Below are positions 13,000-25,300 of a DNA stretch of 64,000 nucleotides, one piece after another. Below the pieces are notes generated by a model. It did no database searches. It saw only the letters and a program-made list of their open reading frames with translations, and had not been told where the DNA came from. Within the stretch, counting starts at the first letter, position 1; each line of letters opens with the position of its first letter. Source of the DNA: Gnetum montanum (Eukaryota > Plantae > Gnetophyta). The stretch lies in contig MNCI01002038.1 in NCBI GenBank assembly GCA_015680685.1, positions 376,638-440,637 on the forward strand, written 5' to 3'. The translations under genes and the position numbers were made by a program.

Positions 13000-15476
13000 A
13001 CCAAGCCACAAATACCCATCATTCCTCCTCGTAGGCACTGGCTTTGTCTCTGTACTCTTGGAAATCCACAAGCCATCAAGCCAAATTTTTTGTGACACCT
13101 TTTTGTCCTTGGTAGCTTGCCTTCACCACCTCAATTTTAGAATTTGCAATCTCCAATTTTTTCAATATCTTCTTGTGTTCTGCAAATTTTGTTTCATATT
13201 TGATGTAGGTGGTAGCTACCTGTTGCTCAAGCTATGTTCTCGGGCACCCTACTATTAACATGGTAAGGTTGGCATACCGCAGGTTTGCCAACTCCATGTA
13301 TTCTGTTAGATCCTGAATCTATAGGTCCCAGTTCTTAACTTCCACCTGGTGGGCCAATGCATATGTGTCCAATATGGCCTGCCAGTTAGTGTGTTGAGCA
13401 CTGATAGCATTGATGTGGGCCTTGGCCATATCGATCTCCTTCTCAAGGATCTTCTTGTACATCCCCACCTGGTCCCAGAAGTGCTCCTTTAGCTTTTCTT
13501 GCCGTTTAACCTCATTTTTCCACATGCTTATTTCGATAGCTATCTTTTGATGGATTGCACGTACCTCCTTCATTGAGAGGGTTCGATTCTCCTTGGCTAA
13601 ACAAATCATATCTTGGTTGAACCAGATGAACTGTTCTCACAACTGATGGAAATGTCCTTCGAGAACATTCTTTTGCTTCTCCACAATGGTCAACCGAAGG
13701 TTGTCAGCAACAAGCTGCTATTTTTCCTCCTGTAAGGCCTTGAGTGCCTTGATATGTGCATGACTTTGCACCTATGCTATAGAGGCATCCCAAACAGCCT
13801 TCTCTTTTTCTTCTGCCACATTCTTATTCTCCGTTAGTAGTTTGGTTAGTTGCTCAGTTTTAAAATTGTCCAGCTGGTGTGCAGGAACAAATTGCAAAGA
13901 GTCCCGTTGTGCTGCTTGTAGGGCCACGAGCTATTTTTGCAATTTTTGCACTTCTTCTTTAGCATGCTTGGCCCTTACCTCTGTTAAGACCAACCTCCCC
14001 TTAGTGGAAATGAGGTCTGATTGAATTGTTGTAACATCTTGAGGAATGTCAAACAGGGATGTCATTACTTGTCTTATTTGTAGCAATCGATTAAGCACAT
14101 CCTCATGTTCCGCAGGATTCATTGAGGTTCCGGCCAAAGTTTGAGCATCCCATGCTCCTATGAGATCTGTCGGTGGTACAACAAGTACATTGAATGATTC
14201 TTTGATGTGATCTATGACCACTTCTGCAGCTCCCGCTACATCCTGGTGTTGCATGACCACCACTGTGGCCCCTTCACCAGTTTCTAATTACACTTGGAAA
14301 GATGCAACATTTCCCAAGATCTGTTGTGACCAAGTACTTTCCCCTACTCCTATATGAATGGACACTTTATCCCTTGTATGATCCAAAGAAATTATGGACT
14401 ATATGGCATTGTCGATGACGTGGAAGATATTTGGATCATCATGACTTCCCCAACTGACCATCTCAGTGATGGCTCTGAGATGACTCATCGACAGTCTGTA
14501 ATCTTGTAGTGGCGATGGTTGATCCTAGTCCATGCTAGGCCCTGCTTCCTGTTGTTGGCTGGGTCCTGTACTTGGAAGTTGGCTGGGTCCTGCAAGTTAA
14601 GTTACAGTTGGTCCAGCCGTCTATTCTTCTTCTTATTCTGGTCCCCGCATATCACCAATGATTTTCCTTGTTGCTGATGGCTTTAATAGTTCAGCATATG
14701 AAGTATTTTGGGCTTTTTAGAGGACATCATTAGTGTATCCCCTAATACCAGCATGTTGGCATAGCTTCCTAATAAGACAAGGAAAGGGCAACACCATATT
14801 CCCTATCTTTTGTTCCTTGAACCACCTCAAGATCTCTTGAGGTATAGATGAGGCAAGTTAGCATTAACCTTTCCCATCAGCACTGCACATCTCCTTGCCC
14901 CATATGTTGAAATCCTTTTTAGGCCCTTCATGGGGAAGAGGTGATATGTTCCAATTTTGAAATAGATCCTCTCTTCTGTCGTCAACTCTCCAAATGTCTT
15001 ATCCCTGCCATATGCCCTTTTCAACCAAACTCTTCGTACATTGAGGTTTGAATGGGTAGACAATTGAGCAACCTTGGGCCCTATATTTGGAAGGTTTAAT
15101 ACTTCCAAAATGGCCGATGCGGAGAAATTGACTATCACACCACAAATATTAACGGTGGTGCCTTATTCTCTATTGTGCCAGAATTGGTATGTCTCCCCTA
15201 GGTACCAGGCACTGCTTTCAGAGAGGATAGGCCATAAGGGAGACCCTTTGAGGTGATCCCTAACAGCCTTAGGAGCGAACTTTGCAAAAGATTCAAATTT
15301 TAATTCCACAATCACTGTAATGAATGTGGACCTTTCATGGATAACCTGAACACAATCCTAGGGCAACGTGAGGTGTTTTCCCTATTCAGGCACTGCAGCA
15401 GCTCCTCCTTCTGGATGCCTAGATTGTATGGTAGGAGGGTCCTCTTGATGAATTCTAAATGATTATTCCTCCTATT
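13000..15476 (-). pseudogene. Athila ORF2 (env-like position): plant transposon protein-like domain plus long coiled coil, degenerate
   Basis: VIVNFSASAILEVLNLP and LPFPCLIRKLCQHAG motifs; coiled-coil ORFs 13931-14263 and 13319-13609; frame continues from 27885-27986 across the nested insertion. Confidence 0.7.
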
Positions 15477-17026
15477 TGAAACATCGTGAAATTTTGAGGC
15501 CTCAATGATTCAGAAAAATCCTGTGGCTCAGGCAAGGATTTGCGACAAGTCGTAGCTCAGCAAGTTCCCTTTTTGGCTAAGGACCTGTTACGCCATACTA
15601 TGCAGTGCAGCGTAATAGACTCCAGAGGATAGAACAAGACAAGGGTGCACAATAGCAAGCCTTTAACTTTGCAAGTTAGCTATGTTTCGAAAATCTTAAA
15701 TTTTCGCATATTACGCCGTGTTATGCAACACAACGTAATGTAGCCTAACATAGTGTAATGCAAGAAGAAAATCTATCTAGTCGCAACAACGGAGATAGCA
15801 AAATTCGAGACCTCAATGGTTCAACAAAATCTCGAGGCCCAGGCAAGGATCTGCAATGTGTCACACATCTCAACAAATTTTCTTTTTTCAGCTAAGGGTC
15901 TATTATGCTACATTACGCAGTGTAGCCTAATAAACCCCAAAAAGACTAAATGAAAGCAAGGGAAGCGCAACGACAACACTTCAATTTTTTGGCAAGTTCG
16001 CTATGTTACTCTAAGTTACACTATGCAGCGTAATGTAGCATAACGCAGCGTAATGTAAGCAGATGATTGATGTAGTTTCAATCTTGGAGATAACAAAACT
16101 TAGGCATTAGTGATTTTTACATCACAATACGCTCTCCAGCGTATTACAGCGTAACCACAAAACAATTTGTTGCCAAAGTTCCAGCAAAGGTAGATTACGA
16201 CACATTACGCTTCAGAGTGTAATGCAGCATAGCGCCGCAAGCTTCAAAACCAAACGCATCAAGTCAATGGAATTTTGTAGGTTCAGGACACGCATCATCT
16301 AAACCGCATTTTTCTCCTAACTCTAACCTTATAAATACTCTAGTTGACAATGATCAAAGGGTTGGAAAAAATCTCTCTCTGTTGGCAAATTTTCTCTTTG
16401 AGCAATTCTTTTTCATTGGCAATTGTTGACAACATTTGGTGAAGATTGGCAAGAGAACGAGAGAGAATCAGCAGCCGTGAGAACATCGAAGGTGACTAAT
16501 AATAGCTTCTAATCAGAAATTTCCAATTAGCAGATATTCTGCTTCAGGTTTGACTCCCTTGCATCCAGATTGGCTAGAACAAGGTAGATCGGCCTTTGCT
16601 TGTTTCATCTTTGAATAGCTTTCCTATTCTTGACATGTGCTTCGTCTAAACCAAAGCCTGCTTGTAATCGTTGTATCCAACATATTTTTTTTATAAGCTA
16701 AATCCTAGATCTCGAGAATGCACACTCTCTAAATCCAATCTATTGCATCCTATCTACATAGATTTTGTAATCGCTTTGAATCGTTTACATCGCTCTCGTT
16801 ACCTTTGATATTAATGATATCCCATCTCCTCATTGAAATCGCCATCTTATCGTCCAGTTGTTACAAAATTTTACTGATTAAGTAAGTCCATGTCTGATCG
16901 ACAAGACCATTCAGGGCACCTCGGATTTTTTTTCTCCTGCAGGGCCCTCACACAGATCTAGGGTTGGAACTATGTACACAGAACTCAGCTTAGTATTTCC
17001 AGCAATCGACGTTTTCCATCATTACA
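15477..17026 (+). repeat. 5' LTR of Tat copy 2
   Basis: TGAAACA...ATTACA; direct repeat of 26335-27884; TATAAA near 16330; ATTACGC/GCGTAAT motif array. Confidence 0.95.
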
Positions 17027-17032
17027 GTTTTC

Positions 17033-17049
17033 TGGCACTAGAAGGAGGG
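17033..17049 (+). promoter_or_regulatory. Primer-binding site TGGCACTAGAAGGAGGG
   Basis: 6 nt downstream of the 5' LTR; TGG start. Confidence 0.85.
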
Positions 17050-17288
17050 CTTGAACCTCTGATCCATGTTTTGTGGGTAGTCCTGTAAGCTATCTATACC
17101 CATTGTCGATCGATGTAAATGTAATACCTCCGTGGTTGTTTACGAGATTGTGTGGTATAGATCGGTCGCTTCGACAATTCCTTTGGAATCCTATAGGGTA
17201 GAAAGCCCATTTTCACCTTACTTTGCCTTACCTTTCCTTTGCCCCTGCAGTCTTTATCCTTGCTGTTTACTCTTGAACTGCATAGAGA

Positions 17289-19629
17289 ATGGCTGCATCA
17301 ACCACTGCTGTTGACACTGCCAACCTTGAGAATCTGTGGACTTTGCAAGTTACGCCTCCTGTGGTCAAGCTGCCAACTAGTCCGATGCGACCACGTCGAT
17401 CCCTCAGGCTCCAAAATAAAGAGCCTGATGGATACGCTCAGCGTAGGGAGCATTACAACTTCCTCTGTTGCAAAATTATGGTAGGTTTGCCCATGTATCC
17501 ACAAGAACTCGAAGAGAAACGAGAATACAAGTTCATATACTGCAATGGGAAGGAATTTATTCCTTTACCAAATGCCACTGTATCCCTGACAGATCAACAA
17601 CAATGGATCTTAGATCAAATGTTAATGGCTAGGACATCTACAAAACAATGAGAGGAGTTGTTCCATGATGAAGTGCTTCATGACAGACAAGACGATCTAG
17701 ACTCCCACTTTAAGGGAGGCAGTCATGTCGATTTGGCTATGGCCCCTCCCTCCACGATGTCCTACATAAATCTATTGTTCATGGTCACCACGCCCTTGAC
17801 ATTATCTAATGCTAACTAAGTCCCACATTCGCCTCAGCCACATTTTTTCTCTACGCCTACCCTCCAAGGTGGTGTCCCTTCAGAAACCATTACTCAGCTG
17901 CACTTAGCTAATCCATCTCATCATACACCTGTGCCCACATCACCATATGTACATACAATACCTCCCTCGCAATTACATACAACACCTACATTCATCCCGA
18001 CTCATACGATAGGACCTGCCACTACAGCATGGTGGGTTTCAAACATGTCCCTTGTTGTGCATCTTACGCAGATGTCCCATCTCCCCCATCATTAAAACTA
18101 GGTCCTGCAGGCGCTAAACCCTGCTACAGGGTCATTGTCTATGTCTCCGGCCACGCAAACAGCGTATCCCATGGTATGGCTGATGGCAGTCGCCCCATTC
18201 GCACCACCTACTGGGTGGTGGGTGCCGCAAGCAGCATCGCCTATAAGGACAATTTCGATAACATCGCACATCGGCCAAGTTGTCGTCCCTAATCCATCAC
18301 CCCATGTGGCCCCTCCTATCATTCCACAAAAAACCTCATCGTCTACGGGTCTAGATCAAGCCTTCCTACTTATTTAGACCTTTACTGAGGAAGTTAAACG
18401 CCTCAAGACTGCCGGTTCTGACACTGTACAGGTCATGGATTTTTACCATGACGATCCTGTCAGTCCAATGGTACCTATTTTGTTGTTACCTCCTGGGATG
18501 TCTCTCCCCCCATTTTACAAAATATAATGGGGAAGGTGATCCCAATGCCCATCTAGTCACTTTCAAGTTAGAGTTGTTGTTATTGCAACAATGGCCACAT
18601 ACCATTATCTGTGTCTTTGCTATGTCCCTAATAGGTAAAGCTTTGGACTGGTATCGAGCACTCCCACGTTCTTCCATCTTAACTTTGGAAGAGCTGTTAA
18701 CTTAATTCATGACCCGTTTCAAGTACAACCTAAAACCAGAAGTCACGCTAGATCAACTCATGGGAGTCTAGCAAGACCCGCTCGGGTCAGTTCAAAAGTT
18801 TATACAGCAGTGGAGCGCCACCTTGAATAAAATCCATGAACCCATCGTGGAGGCCCATCTGTTGGCAATCTTCAAGGGGGTAGTTAATGACTTTATCAAG
18901 TCTAAGTTATATTACCTCACTCCCCGCTCCCTCAGCCAGGCCTTCGCTCAAACTAAGAGCATTCAAGATGCGGCAGAGGCTAGCAAGGACCCAGCATATG
19001 TGGTCTACAAAAACACCCACAACAAGGGAAAAGACAAAGGCAAGGCTACAACAACGATAGTAGCAGCGATTGCTGAGGGTGCCAAGAGGAAAAATAATAA
19101 CAAAAAATTATCTACGGAGCCTGCTGAGCTCACAACCAGCTCAAATAGTGTCGATCAAGAAATGTCATCCGCCCCTAAAGCACCTCCACAGCCGAAGCCC
19201 AACTTTGAGCGTAAAGACCGTTCAAAATATGCGGCTCTACCTGTAAAGCCTTTAGAAATTTTGAAGAAATTACTGGGAACTGGCCACATTCAACATAAAA
19301 AGGTATCCGAGGAAGGTCTAAAATGCCACAAATGACATTGTGAGTTGCTCAAGAATCCCTCCTTGGCCCTACCGAACGAACCCCCAGTCCCGAAAAACTT
19401 TAGGCTAGACCATTTCTATGAATATCACCAGCTGTGTGGTCATGACACGGATTACTTCTGGGCATTGAAAGATGACATTCAATGCGTGATCGATCAAGGT
19501 GACTTGATCTTAGACAGCAATAACCTAGTCCATCCGAAAAACCAACCCATGCATGTGTACCAGGACCTGTTAAATGCAAATAATGCAGGGTACACTATCA
19601 ACGTAGTGAGTACGAAGGGAAATGGTTAG
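17289..19629 (+). pseudogene. Gag, degenerate
   Basis: ORFs 17289-17651, 18448-18705 (KYNGEGDPNAHL..FAMSLIGKALDWY), 18823-19335 and 19345-19629 (knuckle remnant); clearly homologous to copy 1 gag. Confidence 0.88.
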
Positions 19630-20149
19630 GCCCAACCAAAGCAACCCTTTTGTGTTGTGTGTGCCTCCTCGCCCATCTCAAACGACAAGCCCGTCAACAT
19701 CAACGAGTGTGGTTCAGCGACAACCTTTTGTCCTCCGAATCCCATCTCCTACCATCATCCCATAGCCTATTATTGGTAAAGCTGCGACCCAGCCCACGCC
19801 CACACCTAAGGCACCCTTTGTCATTAGGGTGTCAAAGCTATTGGTTATTCCTGTTACGCAGGGGCAACCCTTTAAGTCAATGCTCCAATCACAACCTAAT
19901 AGGAAAGGAGAGGGGTGTATGATAGCTGACACGGCCAAGGATCGCCTTACGTTGGGATTTCCTAGGCCTACACCCCTCACCTCAGTGCCCTTGGCCCCAC
20001 CTTCTTCTAAAAAAATGACATTACGCAAATGTGACCACATTCTCCCTACCCAAGAAAACACAATCCTCAACCAGAAACTGTTCCACCCCAAGAGATCCAT
20101 CTCCTGGGATGAATGGAACAAGAGAGGAGTAACAAACAACCAGATCATG

Positions 20150-21017
20150 GGCATGATCTCCTTGATGCTTTTACGCAAGTCAAGCAAGCTCTCAAATAGA
20201 AAAATACAATGCTAAGCCTGTATGACTTGTTGATGACATCCCAAAAGCACCGTGAAGCCATGGTTTGCATGCTAACATCCATACCCATGGATGAAAACTT
20301 GCCCGCAGATGAAGAAGTAATCCATTTGATTATGCTTCCCCCCACTACTAAACAACTACGATCCCCCAACTAACATTTCATGATGAATCCATTAAGGATG
20401 ACCCAGAAAAGGGTTAGGTGACAACAGTGCCCATGTTCATCACTATCCGGGTCAGCCAATACAGAATCCAGAGAGTACACATAGATGATAGGGCCACTGC
20501 CAATGTCATTCCATTCTCTATAGTGGACAAACTGGGTTTGCTCGGCCAGATCAATCCCACAACAACGTCATATTTAAAGTCATTTAATGGGGCAAGAGTG
20601 CAAGTTAAGGGAATGGTGCACATCAACTTTGTGGCAGGGGATTAATTCCCCACAAGCGTAGTATTCATCGTCGTCGAGGAGATTCCTGGCTTCAACCTAA
20701 TCTTAGGGAGGTCTTGGCTAGCTTAATTAAGAGCAGTCTCATCACCCATTCATCAAGAGATTCACTTGCCCTATGTAGGAGGGGAAGTGATCATCCATGG
20801 TGATAAGATGACCCCTCAAGCAGTTAACAACATGAAAATGGAATAAGGGTCAGAGATTGAAGTCCCCGAAGATCAGACTCCTGTCCCAATAGTTGAACAG
20901 GTCAACACAATGGCCAATGAAAACTTGACTTGGGCCAAATTGCCTTTCCAGAAAGAAGATGGTAACATAGAGGAATGTTGTAATAAGCCCCCTCGTCCAT
21001 ACGCATGCCAAACCTAA
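20150..21017 (+). pseudogene. Aspartic protease, degenerate
   Basis: IQRVHIDDRATANVIP and FNLILGRSWL..LRAVSSPIHQEIHLPY motifs. Confidence 0.88.
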
Positions 21018-21146
21018 AAACGATCAAGAAACAATTACAAGGCTAGCAACACGTTAACGTGACATGTTGTACTAGTCCACAATATTTACTGTTACATAGT
21101 TTACGATCTTTTTTGTCACATTATTCCTATTATGCTTATGATGGTC

Positions 21147-21367
21147 TGGCCTAAAATAGCCTTAAACTAGTTACGGCCCTTCATGGCCTCAAATTGGCAA
21201 TTTAGTCTTTTTTTGTTTACACTTATGATGGTCTGGCCCGAAATGCCCTTAAACTAGTTATGGCCCATCATGGCCTAAAACTGGCAATTTAGTTTTTTCT
21301 GTTTACGCTTACGATAGTTTGGCCTGAAATGGCCTTAAACTATTGATGGCCTGCAATGGCCTAAAAA
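21147..21367. repeat. Post-protease repeat array (GGCCCGAAATGGCCTTAAACTA-type units alternating with GGCCCATCATGGCCTAAAACT-type units)
   Basis: About six degenerate units; reverse complement of the arrays at 557-640 and 56098-56443. Confidence 0.85.
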
Positions 21368-21440
21368 GTATAATCCTTCTAACGATATGCTTCATTTCCT
21401 GAAAACTAAAATCTTTGTATCACAAATTATATCATTTAGA

Positions 21441-22990
21441 TCAATGAACATTGTCCTTTTTACACCACTCCTTATCTAGCCATCTAAGTCTTTTACACTT
21501 GACGAAGAAGTCGACATAGCGAGTAGGGTAATGTGGGATTTCAAGTTCTAGCTATCCCATAACACTAGCACGTACGTTGCTAATAGAGGTGAACTCCTTT
21601 ATGGCAGTTTCTTCCACAGACAATGTATCTGTATCATCCTAGAAACCATTCTCATTGATGAAAAAACTACACCATAGAAGGTAGATAATCCTTTATACTT
21701 GACACAAATTCAGACAATGGTTAGCATATTATAATGTTGCAGAAACACTTACCCACTTGCATAATACAGAATGCTAGGTGGATTCTGGAAGTAGGTCGTA
21801 ATATGATGAGCCACAAACAGAGTAGTGTAGGCATGATAACAATTAAACCTGGGCATCTACTAGATCCAAGAAAAATGCCTCAAACCCCTAGCACTCTATT
21901 CACGATCTTGTACCTACATGGTTTTGATTGAGCCATCCACCAGAAACACCAAGATGCTCTGCATTAATCCAACTAGTAACATCTCCAGAATGGTGGCAGC
22001 TGTCTCGGTCGGTAGATGTGACCAAATAATGATACTAAAATTATGCAATAAAACTACAAAAACTCTCATGCACCTCTTCTGAACCAAATCGCCTCCTCCT
22101 TTACATGAGCATGAGGAGAAGGAACATTGGCCACGGGGACATGTAAACAACACAGAATGCCCACAATGTCCAAGATGATCAGGACGGGCTTTAGTGTAAT
22201 CCATTACAATGAAACACACTTCCATTAGAAATAGCAATGTGGGCAAAATGAAAAATAAAAAGTGAGAGGCGCACAAAAATTCATTATGCAACACTAGAAT
22301 TTCCGTTACCTCAACTCCTAGAAAATTGCAGGTTACACTAGACATGCATTACAAAAATCACCCAAACCCTTACGACGACGCAAGGTCTGTCCCTAACAAC
22401 GACGATAAAAGTAATACTGCATATTACCCCAGCGTCACATGCAACCATTATGGGCAAGACAATGGAACCCTATTTATACTACATAAGGATATAGTACCTG
22501 GACTCCTCCAGTTATACATTACGTTTGCACAATATTGCCCAAAATTGCCCTAACCCTTGCGATTATGCAAGGTCTGTCTCCGACAACGGCAATAGCGGTA
22601 ATACTACGGACTACAATAGCTTAGCCTGCGTGACCAGGTATCAACGCCCACCCTAATACGCATCTTCGAAATAGGTACAATTGTGATGCCATGACAACCA
22701 AAATAACAATCATGCAGGAGGGTAAAAGGCCACTTACCAAGCGAGTGGAGTAGCCTCCCGCATTTTAACTCTGGCCTTTGAAACCTGCTGCAAACTCTCC
22801 TACACTTCATCAATCTTCACCAATTTGACATGTTTGCCTTTGATCTTCGATGCCATGGCTAAGATTGAACAACCTTCGCAAAATCTTCTACTTATGCCTT
22901 ACTTCTTCTTTCCTTCTGCTATAGCCAAATTCACATTCGCAGTATCTCCAGTTTGCTTTGAGGATGGACCATCACCTTATGAATGGATTG
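21441..22990 (-). pseudogene. Antisense spliced gene remnant of unknown function inside Tat copy 2
   Basis: Long minus-strand frame broken mostly by TAG. A GTAAGT..AG intron (~21698-21752) joins ...ILYYASG|IKDYLP in frame; another GTAAGT donor near 22738. Confidence 0.55.
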
Positions 22991-23438
22991 ATTAAAACCA
23001 ACTATTCCCACATCCGACCAATGTGGAATTTTTCCAAAATGCAGGTATTTCAGTGTGACATGAAGCATAAAGATTGCAACATTAACCTCGTCGATATCGT
23101 ATAGATTATGGTCTGAAAAGACCCTAAACTAATGCGTAGCTCATCATCTCATAATCTGGTCACATTAACTACAGTCCGCATAAAATTCTAAATTAGCTGT
23201 CTCGACACGCTAGACACACCACGTTACACTTCTCATCATAGTTCACAAAAGTCTTACGATAACATCTAGGAAATTGGGCTCACCACTTTCTCATAAAACC
23301 ACGCATATGGTAATGGTCCGCTAGGAATTTAAACTGGCAACCCCTTTAACATGTACCACTAAAACAAGAAAACCTTCTATCATTTCAACAGATCAACAAA
23401 AAAAAATGTAACAACCTCCGTTTGTGGCGATTTTGCAG

Positions 23439-25300
23439 GTCAATTTGCAAATGGATGCAGCTTTACTCGCACCCCTAGCCTTAACAGGCCCATACGGGGA
23501 AACTATTAGATAGCTCAATCACGCACTGATAGGAACTGATGCTTCCCTTTGTGATACAACCATAGCAACAGCGAAAATATGCCCAGACTGGCCAGAACAT
23601 TTGGCCCGAACCCTAGACCTGGAAGCTGGCGATGTGACCGAGGATTCCCTTACTAAGGTCCCTGTAGTTATGCACAAAAGAGAAAGTAAAACTCTGAAGG
23701 TTAGTTCTCTCCTTGACCAACAGATGCAGAGTGACATATTTCAAGTGCTTCAAAATAACATTGCGGTATTTGCATGGTCATACGAAAACATGCCGAGTTT
23801 AGACCCGAGACTAATACATCACAACATAGTTTTAAACCTGCATATCAAAGCAGTTAAATAGAAAGCATGGAAGATTAAGCCTGAAATTATGCTAGCAATG
23901 CATGATAAAATCACTAAGTTGTATCAGGCTAGTTTCATTCATGCAGTTGATTACTCAGACTGAGTGTCGAACATCATAGTTGTCTCTAAGAAGATGAGAG
24001 GAATACGCATCTGTATAGACTTCTGCAATTTGAACAAGGCCATGGTTAAAGACAACTTCTCATTACCGAGTATCGACCAACTTATCGATACAAAAGCTGG
24101 CCATGCGTTACTATCCTTTATGGATGGATTTTTGGGCTATAATCAAATTTGTATCAACCTAGAACACTAATTGACTATGACTTTCAAGACTCCTTTGGGA
24201 ACTTTCGGTTACACCATGATGCCTTTCAGGTTAAAAAATGCTGGAGCAACCTATCAACACACTATGACATACATCTTTAGTGATTACCTCTTAGAGAGAT
24301 TGAACGACTACGTAGACGACATAGCTGTCAAATCTAAGAAGTCGGAAGATCACTCAGAAGACCTAGAGTTAATCCTTAAACGATGTCTTAGGTACGACCT
24401 ACGGTTCAACCCAAGAAAATGTGTATTCGGAGTCAAAATCAAGCAAATGTTGGGGTTTTTGGTATCAAAAACTAGCATCCAAGTTGACCCCAACAAAGTT
24501 AAAGCCATCATTAATTTGGTACCACCTACAAACCTCAAAGAACTACGTGGGTTGCAGGGTAGGTTGCAATTTATCAGGCAGTTCATCTCAAGATTAACAG
24601 ACAAGTTACACCCCATGCAATATCTGCTCAAGAAAGGGGTTAACTTCGAATGGACCGAGAACTGCCAACGTGCTTTTAACGATCTGAAGAATGAGCTATT
24701 ACATTTGCCCATGTTTTTCCTACCATAAAGGTACCAGCCTTTCTACATATACCTAGCGAGCTCAGAGGTTTCTATAGCTGCGTTGTTATGCTAAAGAAAG
24801 GACGATGGGTCAGAAATTCCTATCTACTACCTAAGTCATGCTCTATTTGCATACGAAACATGGTACAATGAAGTAGAGTGTAATTGTTTACCATTGGTGT
24901 TTGCACTTAAAAAATGTAGGCACTATCTTTTCCATGGCCAGGTTAATATAATCTGTAAAAACAACATTCTACGGGCCATCACAAACAATTTATACAAAAG
25001 TAGTAGGATAGCCCACTAGAAAACCATCATAAAAGAATTTGACTTGCACTACGTCGGCCAATCTTCCACGAAAGGCCAAGCGATAGTTGACCAGCTTGCA
25101 ATGTCACCTGTTAACGATTAAGCTATGATTGAGCCTGAGTTTTCTAATGAATAGATACATAGTTTAAACCCTGTATCAATAGGTCTCGAAGTGACGTTAT
25201 ACTTCGATGGAGCTTTGACTACCAGAGGCAGCAGTGCTGCCACCGTCATTACGCTCTCCCCTAAAGATGTTCGCCCATTGGCTTACCGCCTGGCATACTA
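23439..25300 (+). pseudogene. Gypsy RT + RNase H + start of an additional (archaeal-type) RNase H
   Basis: VFAWSYENMP, RICIDFCNLNKA, LSFMDGFLGYNQI, MPFRLKNAGATYQ, YVDD, PIYYLS, then TLYFDGA..RGSSA near 25195; truncated near 25300. Confidence 0.92.

Larger units (their letters stand above)
20901..23438 (+). other. Predicted protease-RT intron (Ogre-like)
   Basis: CAG|GTCAAC donor and ttttgcag|G acceptor are both phase 0; removing the interval joins the protease frame to the frame leading into RT. The donor is weak. Confidence 0.5.
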
